Shown: positions 1 through 6,884 of the stretch, piece by piece
How the letters are laid out: every line of letters starts with the position of its first letter
Position numbering within the stretch: the stretch's first letter is position 1
DNA from: Clostridia bacterium
GTDB taxonomy: Bacteria > Bacillota > Clostridia > Oscillospirales > Acutalibacteraceae
Length of the DNA stretch: 40,108 nt
Reading direction: 5' to 3'
NCBI GenBank assembly: GCA_017463345.1
Contig: JAFTPI010000054.1
Span: 1-40,108, forward strand
Position numbers and translations under genes: made by a program
Notes under the pieces: model-generated
What the model was told of the DNA's origin: nothing
Seen by the model: the letters and a program-made list of their open reading frames with translations, nothing else
Database searches by the model: none

Positions 1-677
1 CCTGTGGCATCAAGAATGTCATCAATAATCTGAAAAGCAAGGCCAAGGTTATAGGCAAACTTTTCGCCTGCCTGCACCTGCTTGTTATTACCGCCGCCGA
101 GAATGGTGCCGATTTTAACGGCAGCACATATAAGCGCTCCCGTTTTACGGCGATACATTTCGGTTAAGGTTTCAAGCGAGTTTACATTGCCGTTACCTTG
201 AAGGTCAATAACCTGACCGCCAATCATACCGTTAACACCTGCGCATTCGGCTAAAACCGAAAGGCTTTCGATAATGCGATATTCCGCAATTCCCTTTGTC
301 TTAATAGCAAGGCCAAAGGCCTCGGTTAAAAGTGCGTCACCTGCAAGCAGCGCAATGTTTTCGGGGAATGCCTTGTGGCAAGAGGGCTTGCCACGGCGCA
401 TATCATCGTTATCCATGCAGGGTAAATCATCGTGAATAAGCGAATAGGTATGTATCATCTCAAGGGCTGCCGCAAAGTTAACGGCTCCATCGGAAATACC
501 GCCGCACAGCTTATAAAACATAAGCATCATTGCGGGGCGAATTCTTTTGCCGCCGCCAAGGGTGCTGTAACGCATTGCCTCAATAACAGCCTTGTAGGAA
601 TCACTTGCGCCTACAAGATTTTTTTCAAGGCAGGCCTCCACCATATCGGAATATTCGTTAATAAATGATGTGCTCAT
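1..677 (-). CDS. ispA: Polyprenyl (farnesyl/geranylgeranyl) diphosphate synthase, N-terminal part only; C-terminus lies beyond the left edge
   Basis: Absent from the ORF track because there is no stop in the window. Manual minus-strand translation from ATG 677..675 gives MSTSFINEYSDMVEACLEK...GGGKRIRPAMM...LIHDDLPCMDNDDMRRGKP (first Asp-rich motif)...GGQVIDL...KTGALI...AFQIIDDILD (second DDxxD). The ATG overlaps the xseB stop (TAATG). Confidence 0.88.
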   Translation of the reverse strand, partial: MSTSFINEYSDMVEACLEKNLVGASDSYKAVIEAMRYSTLGGGKRIRPAMMLMFYKLCGGISDGAVNFAAALEMIHTYSLIHDDLPCMDNDDMRRGKPSCHKAFPENIALLAGDALLTEAFGLAIKTKGIAEYRIIESLSVLAECAGVNGMIGGQVIDLQGNGNVNSLETLTEMYRRKTGALICAAVKIGTILGGGNNKQVQAGEKFAYNLGLAFQIIDDILDAT

Positions 678-880
678 TACTGCTCCTCCTTTGAGGTTAG
701 CTGAAGCACCTTTTTCTTAGCTTCATCAAGCTTCTTAGTACAGGTGTCAGACAGTTCAATGCCCTGCTCAAAAAGCTTTATTGATTCCTCGAGTGAGCAC
801 TCACCCGATTCAATTTTATCAACAATTTCATTAAGCTGTGATAATGCGGTTTCAAAATCAAACTCTGCTGCCATTATCAT
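677..880 (-). CDS. xseB: Exodeoxyribonuclease VII small subunit
   Basis: 67 aa. FETALSQLNEIVDKIESGECSLEESIKLFEQGIEL is typical of XseB. It overlaps the xseA 3' end and sits in the usual nusB-xseA-xseB-ispA order. Confidence 0.92.
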   Translation of the reverse strand: MIMAAEFDFETALSQLNEIVDKIESGECSLEESIKLFEQGIELSDTCTKKLDEAKKKVLQLTSKEEQ

Positions 881-2090
881 TTTCCTCCTTTGAAATTACA
901 CTGCAATTGATTTTACCCTTATTAAGGGTGATTTTTATTTCATCGCCCACCGAAAGCTCAGTGGCACTTGTAATAACGCTGTTTTTCTTTTCAACAACGC
1001 TGTAGCCGCGGGAAAGCACCTTTAAGGGACTTAAAGAATCAAGCTTTAGGATTTTCTCCCGAAGCTCGGTTTCGTTCTTTAAAAGCAGGCTGTTAATACC
1101 CTCCTTAAAGCGCTGTACCGATTCAAGCTGAAGCTGTTCCCTTTTATTTATTATTACACCGTTTGTATCCTTAAAAACGGCGCTTTCTTTTACAGCATTT
1201 AATTTGTTTTCCAAAACCTGCATTTTTGTTTTAAGAAGCGAGCACAGCAAATGCTTTTTAAATTTGAGCTCCTTTAAAAGCTCTTCCATATTAGGCACCG
1301 CAAGCTCTGCCGCAACCGACGGCGTTGCCGCACGAACATCGGCAACCAAATCACAAATGGAATAATCGCTCTCGTGCCCCACCGCCGAAATAACCGGCAC
1401 GGGACTTTGGGCAATGGTTCTGGCCAAGGCTTCATCGTTAAAAGCCCAAAGGTCATAGGATGAGCCACCGCCGCGGCCAATGATTATAACATCAACATTT
1501 TCTCTTTCATAAATTTTTCTAAGGGCATTCACCATATCCTGGGAGGCACCCGCCCCCTGAACATTAACGGGGTAACAAATGGGAGTGCAAATGGGATATC
1601 GCCTATTTAAAACACTTGTTATGTCGTGAATAGCGGCACCGCTTGAGGAGGTTACAACACCCACACGCTTTGGGAATTTCGGAAGGGCTCTTTTGCGCTT
1701 TTCATCAAAAAGCCCATCCTTTAAAAGGGCAGCCTTAATGCGCTCAAAATCGGCAGCCAGCTCGCCCTCGCCAAAGGGAAGCATATTTTCGGCATAAAAC
1801 TGATACTGCCCATCCTTTTCATAAAGCGAAACCCTGCCAAAGCAAATAACCTTTTGACCGTTTTGGGGTGTGAATTTTAGCCTTAATGCGCTGCTTCTAA
1901 ACATTACGCTGCGAATGGCTGCCGCATCATCCTTAAGGGCGAAATAAAGATGCCCGCTTGCAAAATGATTTTGAAAGTTTGCGATTTCACCGCAAACGCA
2001 AACGGAGCTGAGCTTTGGATTTGCATCCAATAGCGATTTGACATACATATTCAGTTGTCTTACCGTTATTGCTGCCTGCACAAAACTCAC
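858..2090 (-). CDS. xseA: Exodeoxyribonuclease VII large subunit
   Basis: 410 aa with an N-terminal OB-fold-like region (TVRQLNMYVKSLLD...GEIANF) and a catalytic core (GVVTSSSGAAIHDI, IIIGRGGGS, ISAVGHESD). GTG start 1 nt after the nusB stop. Confidence 0.93.
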   Translation of the reverse strand: MSFVQAAITVRQLNMYVKSLLDANPKLSSVCVCGEIANFQNHFASGHLYFALKDDAAAIRSVMFRSSALRLKFTPQNGQKVICFGRVSLYEKDGQYQFYAENMLPFGEGELAADFERIKAALLKDGLFDEKRKRALPKFPKRVGVVTSSSGAAIHDITSVLNRRYPICTPICYPVNVQGAGASQDMVNALRKIYERENVDVIIIGRGGGSSYDLWAFNDEALARTIAQSPVPVISAVGHESDYSICDLVADVRAATPSVAAELAVPNMEELLKELKFKKHLLCSLLKTKMQVLENKLNAVKESAVFKDTNGVIINKREQLQLESVQRFKEGINSLLLKNETELREKILKLDSLSPLKVLSRGYSVVEKKNSVITSATELSVGDEIKITLNKGKINCSVISKEENDNGSRV

Positions 2091-2091
2091 C

Positions 2092-2478
2092 TTATTTTAC
2101 AATATTTCCCAGCACTCCGTTAACAAAGGACGCATCCTCTGCCACCGAAAACTTTTTAGAAAGCTCAACCGCTTCATTTATTGAAACCGATTCGGGCACA
2201 CTTTCAATAAACTTGATTTCATAAACCGCCAAGCGGAGAATGGCAAGAGCAACCTTTGAAATTCTTTCAATTTTCCAGTTTTTAAGATGACCCGAAATTT
2301 CTCCATCAAGCTCATCACACTTTTCGCAAACGCCAAGGAAAACCTCTTTTGAATAATCATCGATTTCAATTTCGCGAATCTCTTTTGCATATTCTAAAAT
2401 TTCTTCGGGAGAATCGTTTCGAAACATTTTTTCAAAAACCAAAACAAATGCCTGTTCTCTTGCTTCTTTTCTTGTCAT
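2092..2478 (-). CDS. nusB: Transcription antitermination factor NusB
   Basis: MTRKEAREQAFVLVFE... N-terminus and overall length are typical of NusB. The ORF also extends to an upstream ATG at 2496, and neither start has a strong SD. The stop at 2092 is firm. Confidence 0.88.
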   Translation of the reverse strand: MTRKEAREQAFVLVFEKMFRNDSPEEILEYAKEIREIEIDDYSKEVFLGVCEKCDELDGEISGHLKNWKIERISKVALAILRLAVYEIKFIESVPESVSINEAVELSKKFSVAEDASFVNGVLGNIVK

Positions 2479-2521
2479 AAACAAAACCGCTTTCATAAAT
2501 ATTCATAATTATTCATTTTAT

Positions 2522-2550
2522 ATTCTACTACATTGGCTACAAATTTTCAA
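2522..2550 (-). promoter_or_regulatory. nusB operon promoter
   Basis: The minus strand reads TTGAAA (2550..2545), a 17-nt spacer, then TAGAAT (2527..2522). Confidence 0.45.
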
Positions 2551-2578
2551 GAAATATTATAAGATTATATAATAATAC

Positions 2579-2607
2579 TTGTAAAAAAAATAAAATATTG
2601 CTATAAT
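2579..2607 (+). promoter_or_regulatory. Promoter of the DivIVA-domain gene
   Basis: TTGTAA (2579..2584), a 17-nt spacer, then TATAAT (2602..2607). Confidence 0.5.
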
Positions 2608-2661
2608 GAGAGTGAAAAACGACCAAGGTGTCGAAATTTGCTGTATAAAAGGAGCAAAAAA

Positions 2662-3213
2662 ATGGCTATCGGTTTTAGAAAAAGTCTTTTCGGCTTTAAC
2701 ACAAACGATGTTATAAATTACATCGATAAAATGCACACCGCCTTTCAGGATAAGCAAACAACCCTTAATAATGAGCTTGAAAAATTAAACGGTGAGCTTT
2801 CCCTCTCTAAGGAAAATTATGATTCCCTTTTAAAAGAAAAGGATGAAATCGCCGCACGACTTAACGAATTTGAGGAAAAATATGCCGAAATTCAGCGCCT
2901 TAGCGAGGTTATCGGAAAACTCTATCTTGTGGCTCAGGCCAACGCCAAGGCAATCATTGAAAGAACAAGCGAAAATTCCCGCATTACAAATGAGGAAATT
3001 TCAAAAAATCTCATTGCCATTGATGAGGCTCAGTCCTCCCTTTCCTCCCTTAAAGAACAGCTTAACAAAACCTCTGATGGTTTTATGAGCGAAATTGATT
3101 CCCTGCTCAGTTCTTTAAAGGATGTTAAGAATCAGGTTGAGGAAAATATTTCTGCGGCAAAAAAGAGCGAGGAAGAATTTGAAGCCGTTTTCGAAAGTCT
3201 AACCGAAAAATGA
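2662..3213 (+). CDS. DivIVA-domain coiled-coil protein
   Basis: AAGGAG RBS lies 6-7 nt upstream of ATG 2662. The N-terminus FRKSLFGFNTNDVINYIDKM matches the DivIVA N-terminal pattern (F.k...GY..deV..fld.v). The rest is Glu/Lys/Leu-rich coiled coil. Confidence 0.7.
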   Translation: MAIGFRKSLFGFNTNDVINYIDKMHTAFQDKQTTLNNELEKLNGELSLSKENYDSLLKEKDEIAARLNEFEEKYAEIQRLSEVIGKLYLVAQANAKAIIERTSENSRITNEEISKNLIAIDEAQSSLSSLKEQLNKTSDGFMSEIDSLLSSLKDVKNQVEENISAAKKSEEEFEAVFESLTEK

Positions 3214-3749
3214 TAACACACAAAATAAATGTCCCTGAACTGTCCAAAAGCATAAAAAACCTTAAAATCGGTGACAGGGTTTTGCTTTCGGGCACCGTTT
3301 ACACCGCCCGTGATGCGGCGCATAAAAGAATTTTCGCCATGCTGGAAAGCGGCGAAAAATTGCCTTTTGAAATTAAAAATGCCGCGATTTATTATGCAGG
3401 GCCAACCCCGACACCCGATAATCTTGCGATTGGCAGCTGTGGTCCGACAACCTCTTCAAGAATGGACCCCTACACAACAAAACTTCTCGACTTAGGTCTT
3501 AAATGCATTATTGGCAAAGGTAACCGAAGTGATGAAGTTTGTCAGTCCTTAAAACGAAACGGCGCGGTTTATCTTTGCGCTATCGGCGGCTGTGGCGCAC
3601 TTTATGCCACCTGCATAAAATCTTCAAGGGTAATCGCCTTTGATGACCTTGGCTGTGAATCGGTAAAGGAGCTTGTTTTAGAAGATTTTCCCCTCATTGT
3701 GGGCGTTGATTCAAACGGAGATAGCCTTTTCAACAAAAAATTAAAGTGA
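3210..3749 (+). CDS. Fe-S type hydro-lyase beta subunit (class I fumarate hydratase / L(+)-tartrate dehydratase beta-type catalytic domain)
   Basis: 179 aa. GTVYTARDAAHKRI, IYYAGPTP, GSCGPTTSSRMDPYT, IGKGNRS and EDFPLIVGVDSNGDSLF are hallmarks of FumB/TtdB-type beta subunits. The ATG overlaps the upstream stop (ATGA). Confidence 0.85.
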   Translation: MITHKINVPELSKSIKNLKIGDRVLLSGTVYTARDAAHKRIFAMLESGEKLPFEIKNAAIYYAGPTPTPDNLAIGSCGPTTSSRMDPYTTKLLDLGLKCIIGKGNRSDEVCQSLKRNGAVYLCAIGGCGALYATCIKSSRVIAFDDLGCESVKELVLEDFPLIVGVDSNGDSLFNKKLK

Positions 3750-3777
3750 GTGTTCGGCTGAACACTCACTTTTTTTA
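3746..3777. terminator. Bidirectional rho-independent terminator between convergent genes
   Basis: GTGAGTGTTC-GGCT-GAACACTCAC (10-bp stem) followed by a T run at 3770..3777. Confidence 0.8.
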
Positions 3778-4644
3778 TTTAACATCTTCCTTTAGATCGG
3801 GAATGACATCAAGCTTTTCAGGATTTTTAAGATAATCCTTAATCATTTTCATAACCGAAGCATAGTAATGACCATCACAAATGCGGTCATCGGTGTTAAC
3901 GGTGTAGTCGATAAACTTTCTTTCCTCAACGCTTCCGTCCTTATTAAGCACAACTGCACTGCGCTTCGCACCATAAGAACAAAACATTGGCACATTTCCA
4001 AACTCATAAAGATGGTGGAAAATGGGAGGAATACCAAGAGAGCCCATTGAGGTTAAAAACAGCGAGCAATGAAACGGACTCAGCTTAATAAGGCTTTTAG
4101 GCAGCAAATCAAAATAATCCATCAGATTAAGAATGAACATAACAAATTTTAAAAGCAGTCCCGGAATAAATCTGAAAAACCGTGCCGCCGAATCGAAGGC
4201 GCTGTTATCACCTTCACCGCGGTTTTCCTCCACCGCCTGCTTTGTTTTTAAATAGATTCCCTCAACCGTATCATCGGGTTGAAAAAAGACCTTAATAACG
4301 GTCTCAGGTGAATCAAGGCGCAGCTCCTTCTTTATAACAAAAGCAACCGAAATTTCATTTCTTGCATAAATTCTTTGTCCTGAAACAAAACGGTTAACAC
4401 CAGGGCGCTGTGCCACAGTGCGAACATAGGCCGCAATTATAACATCCAAAATACCGAAGCCTTTTAGCCCCTCTTGGCGCTTTTTATGTATATATTTTTC
4501 AAGATTTTCAATGTCAATTGAATCTGAAATCATATTAGAAGAGCCCGAACGGGTTTTCATAATATAAGGCGCAACCGCCATCATAGGGTCAATGCTGCGA
4601 AGCCTTCTTCCCTCTTTGCGGTCACCAAAACGCTTTTTAGCCAT
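3775..4644 (-). CDS. Stand-alone 2-oxoacid dehydrogenase E2 / CAT-like acyltransferase catalytic-domain protein, non-canonical active site
   Basis: 289 aa. The C-terminal TDDRICDGHYYASVMKMIKDYLKNPEKL aligns with the E2 motif DHRxxDG...L..P..L, and the overall length fits a lone catalytic domain. Promoter, RBS (GAGGGGAG) and ATG are all in place. Confidence 0.7.
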   Translation of the reverse strand: MAKKRFGDRKEGRRLRSIDPMMAVAPYIMKTRSGSSNMISDSIDIENLEKYIHKKRQEGLKGFGILDVIIAAYVRTVAQRPGVNRFVSGQRIYARNEISVAFVIKKELRLDSPETVIKVFFQPDDTVEGIYLKTKQAVEENRGEGDNSAFDSAARFFRFIPGLLLKFVMFILNLMDYFDLLPKSLIKLSPFHCSLFLTSMGSLGIPPIFHHLYEFGNVPMFCSYGAKRSAVVLNKDGSVEERKFIDYTVNTDDRICDGHYYASVMKMIKDYLKNPEKLDVIPDLKEDVK

Positions 4645-4653
4645 AGCTAACTC
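4637..4653. promoter_or_regulatory. Fourth copy of the palindrome, TTAGC-CATA-GCTAACTC, across the RBS and start codon of the E2-like gene
   Basis: TTAGC at 4637..4641 and GCTAAC at 4646..4651. On the coding strand this reads GAGTTAGC-TATG-GCTAA, with the ATG (4644..4642) inside the spacer. Confidence 0.5.
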
Positions 4654-4673
4654 CCCTCAGTAATCTAATGAAT

Positions 4674-4702
4674 ATTATACAGCAAACTTCTCCTTTATTC
4701 AA
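4674..4702 (-). promoter_or_regulatory. Promoter of the E2-like acyltransferase gene
   Basis: The minus strand reads TTGAAT (4702..4697), a 17-nt spacer, then TATAAT (4679..4674). Confidence 0.55.
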
Positions 4703-4730
4703 GACAAAATTCGACAAACTCAATATATAG

Positions 4731-4759
4731 AAAAAGGACAAGGCAAACTGCCTTGTCCT
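4731..4759 (-). terminator. Terminator of the 94-aa membrane protein gene
   Basis: AGGACAAGGCA-AAC-TGCCTTGTCCT (11-bp stem). On the minus strand it is followed by TTTTT. Confidence 0.8.
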
Positions 4760-4764
4760 TAAAA

Positions 4765-5049
4765 TCACAACAAAATAAACAGCGTTGCCACGGCAAGCAG
4801 TGCCACGGCGCAAAGCGAGAAAATTATAATCCGCTTTTTTTGCCTTCTTTTTTGCTCTAAAATTTCCCTGAGTCCTTTTGTTTTAAGAGAATCCCCTGAT
4901 AAATTTGAAACCAACTCACTTGCCGCTTTTTTAACCTTAGCGGAATTCGGCGCCCCTGCCTTTGGGGACACATAAAGAATAATTTTTTCAAAAAATTCAT
5001 TTTCGGTATTATTAATTTCAATGATTTTTTTGTTAACTCCCTTAACCAT
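4765..5049 (-). CDS. Hypothetical small tail-anchored membrane protein (94 aa)
   Basis: The ORF has a basic stretch (KRRQKKR) followed by a C-terminal hydrophobic helix IIIFSLCAVALLAVATLFILL, and a clean terminator lies downstream. I recognise no family. Confidence 0.55.
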   Translation of the reverse strand: MVKGVNKKIIEINNTENEFFEKIILYVSPKAGAPNSAKVKKAASELVSNLSGDSLKTKGLREILEQKRRQKKRIIIFSLCAVALLAVATLFILL

Positions 5050-5129
5050 AAAAACACAGCCTTTCAGTTTTCTCTCAAAACTATTATTGCTATTTTTTTA
5101 CAGTTATATTCAGTTTCCTATGGAGAAAG

Positions 5130-5227
5130 TTATCCACAAAAGGCTTTTTTAAGTTTACATAAAAATGTGGATAACTCGGTGGGTAAGTTGAACAACTTGG
5201 CTTATTTAAGCCATTTTTTTATCCACA
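5130..5227. promoter_or_regulatory. Cluster of three perfect DnaA boxes (TTATCCACA)
   Basis: TTATCCACA at 5130..5138, TGTGGATAA (reverse orientation) at 5166..5174, and TTATCCACA at 5219..5227. Boxes 1 and 3 share a 14-nt identity, TTATCCACAAAAGG. Two short palindromes lie between boxes 2 and 3: AAGTTG-AA-CAACTT (5185..5198) and GGCTTA-TT-TAAGCC (5199..5212). Confidence 0.7.
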
Positions 5228-5271
5228 AAAGGGATTTTTGTCGTTTTATGTAACCCTATGTTATAAAATTA

Positions 5272-5961
5272 TCACTCTATTTTTGTGCCGATTAAAAATG
5301 AGACTGTGCGCTCAACCGAATCCTTGGAATTACCCCAATCGGCATTTTCTCCTGCGTTTCGGTAATCGTACATTGAGCAATATTTTTTAACATCCTTATG
5401 CAGCTCGGCAGAATAATTTTGAGTTATTCGGGTGAGGTTTTTAATAAACTCGCCACACTGGGAATGCATCTTTTTCTTATCTGCACCAGCCATTAAAAGC
5501 TCAAAATGAGGCATACAAAACATTTCCTGAGAGTTAAACATTTCCCTAAAATCCTTTTCGTTTTCATAGGTTTTATAAAGGGTTTCAATCATTCTCGACA
5601 TTCCCCACTCAATTTTATCGCAAATAAAGCAGGACTCGGTAACAGTTTTTGCCCTTTCACCCTTTGATTTATTGCTTCTGAAAACTTTATCGGATAAAAT
5701 GTCGGCATTAATTCCATCAAGGTGCGATTCCAGCATTAAAGCAAGCTGGAGCCTGCCCCTTTTGCCCAGCATTTGGCGGTAATGCTTTTCGCAAAAGCCT
5801 GTTTTATTGGTCACCTGACGAACATCGGGCTCCATCATTGCGGCGCCCATAATGTAGGATACAATGTGCTCCTCTACCGTTTTGTACATTCGGCAAATAG
5901 GGCAACCGTCGTTTTCTTCAAAGACCTCACTTATGGGAATAGTGCAAATATCATCTCTCAT
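5272..5961 (-). CDS. Uncharacterised Cys-rich protein with two CxxC...FCxxH modules (possibly a DUF6062-type family, recalled from memory and unverified)
   Basis: GGAGGTG RBS precedes ATG 5961 (MRDDICTIP...). The track ORF extends 21 codons further upstream without an RBS. CPIC...FCEKHY is repeated as CFIC...FCMPHF. Confidence 0.7.
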   Translation of the reverse strand: MRDDICTIPISEVFEENDGCPICRMYKTVEEHIVSYIMGAAMMEPDVRQVTNKTGFCEKHYRQMLGKRGRLQLALMLESHLDGINADILSDKVFRSNKSKGERAKTVTESCFICDKIEWGMSRMIETLYKTYENEKDFREMFNSQEMFCMPHFELLMAGADKKKMHSQCGEFIKNLTRITQNYSAELHKDVKKYCSMYDYRNAGENADWGNSKDSVERTVSFLIGTKIE

Positions 5962-5976
5962 AAATAAAACACCTCC

Positions 5977-6005
5977 TTGTAAGTATAACATAAAAATGAT
6001 ATAAT
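5977..6005 (+). promoter_or_regulatory. ogg promoter
   Basis: TTGTAA (5977..5982), a 17-nt spacer, then TATAAT (6000..6005). The -35 overlaps the RBS of the divergent Cys-rich gene. Confidence 0.5.
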
Positions 6006-6023
6006 GTAAAAGGGTGAAATTCA

Positions 6024-6854
6024 ATGCTAAAATTTGTTGCGAAAAATAACAATTTACATATTTCGGGTGTTACCAACTTTTCGCTTTCCGAAACCCTTGA
6101 CTGCGGTCAGGCATTTCGATGGAAAGAAAAGGAAAAAGGTGTTTGGTGCGGTGTTGCAAGGGATAAATATTTAGAACTTGAACTGAATGATGACACCCTC
6201 ATTCTTTATAACACTTCCCTGCTTGATTACAAAGCCTTTTGGGAAAATTATTTCGACCTTAAAACCGATTACGGTCAGATAATTTCCAAAATATCCAATA
6301 ATCCCATTTTAAAGGAAGCGGCTAAGCTTGGTACCGGCATTCGCATTTTAAGGCAGGATTCATGGGAGGCACTGTGTAGCTTTATATTTTCCCAAAACAA
6401 CAATATAGAGCGAATTAAGGGCATAATAGAGCGCCTTTGCGAAAACTTTGGCGAAAACCTTGGAAATGGTTTTTACTCCTTCCCCACCGCCCAAAAAATC
6501 GCTTCACTGACAGTGGAAGATTTAGAGGTGCTTCGCAGCGGTTTTAGGGCAAAATATGCCATTGATGCGGCGAAAAAGATTGTATCAGGCGAAATTGATT
6601 TGGAAAAAATCGCAAAAATGCCTATTGATGAGGCAAGAAACGAGCTTGTTAAAATTTATGGCGTTGGCGAAAAGGTTGCCGATTGCACCCTGCTTTTCGG
6701 AATGTATCGCATTGATGCCTTTCCCCGTGATGTGTGGATAAAAAGAGCAATGGAAAAGCTGTTTCCCGAAGGACTGCCAAAGGAAACGGAAGGCTGTGAA
6801 GGAATTGTTCAGCAATATCTCTTTTATTATGCAAGATATAAAAAACTTTTATAA
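6024..6854 (+). CDS. ogg: 8-oxoguanine DNA glycosylase / AP lyase, HhH-GPD superfamily (Ogg-type)
   Basis: 276 aa. The N-terminal LDCGQAFRW, the HhH element IYGVGEKVADCTLLFG and the catalytic-Asp region AFPRDVWIKRA match bacterial Ogg1-type enzymes. Confidence 0.85.
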   Translation: MLKFVAKNNNLHISGVTNFSLSETLDCGQAFRWKEKEKGVWCGVARDKYLELELNDDTLILYNTSLLDYKAFWENYFDLKTDYGQIISKISNNPILKEAAKLGTGIRILRQDSWEALCSFIFSQNNNIERIKGIIERLCENFGENLGNGFYSFPTAQKIASLTVEDLEVLRSGFRAKYAIDAAKKIVSGEIDLEKIAKMPIDEARNELVKIYGVGEKVADCTLLFGMYRIDAFPRDVWIKRAMEKLFPEGLPKETEGCEGIVQQYLFYYARYKKLL

Positions 6855-6858
6855 AAAA

Positions 6859-6884
6859 ATAGCAGTCGCAAGACTGCTATTTTT
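6859..6884. terminator. Bidirectional terminator between ogg and the S51 peptidase gene
   Basis: ATAGCAGTC-GCAA-GACTGCTAT flanked by A and T runs. Confidence 0.7.

Noticed and set aside
432-668. 78-aa plus-strand ORF in the track
   Set aside because: It lies antisense within the clearly recognisable minus-strand polyprenyl synthase reading frame (two Asp-rich motifs), has no RBS, and has an odd composition.
2629-2635. Spo0A-box-like heptamers: TGTCGAA downstream of the DivIVA-like gene promoter, and its reverse complement at 4710..4716 just upstream of the -35 of the E2-like gene
   Set aside because: A 7-mer in either orientation is expected about 5 times in this window by chance, so there is no enrichment to lean on.
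6733-6741. A fourth perfect DnaA box (TGTGGATAA) inside the ogg coding sequence
   Set aside because: It is isolated, is fully explained by the codons for D-V-W-I-K in the conserved Ogg catalytic motif, and is compatible with the chance expectation of about 0.3 per window. I do not count it as part of the 5130..5227 cluster.
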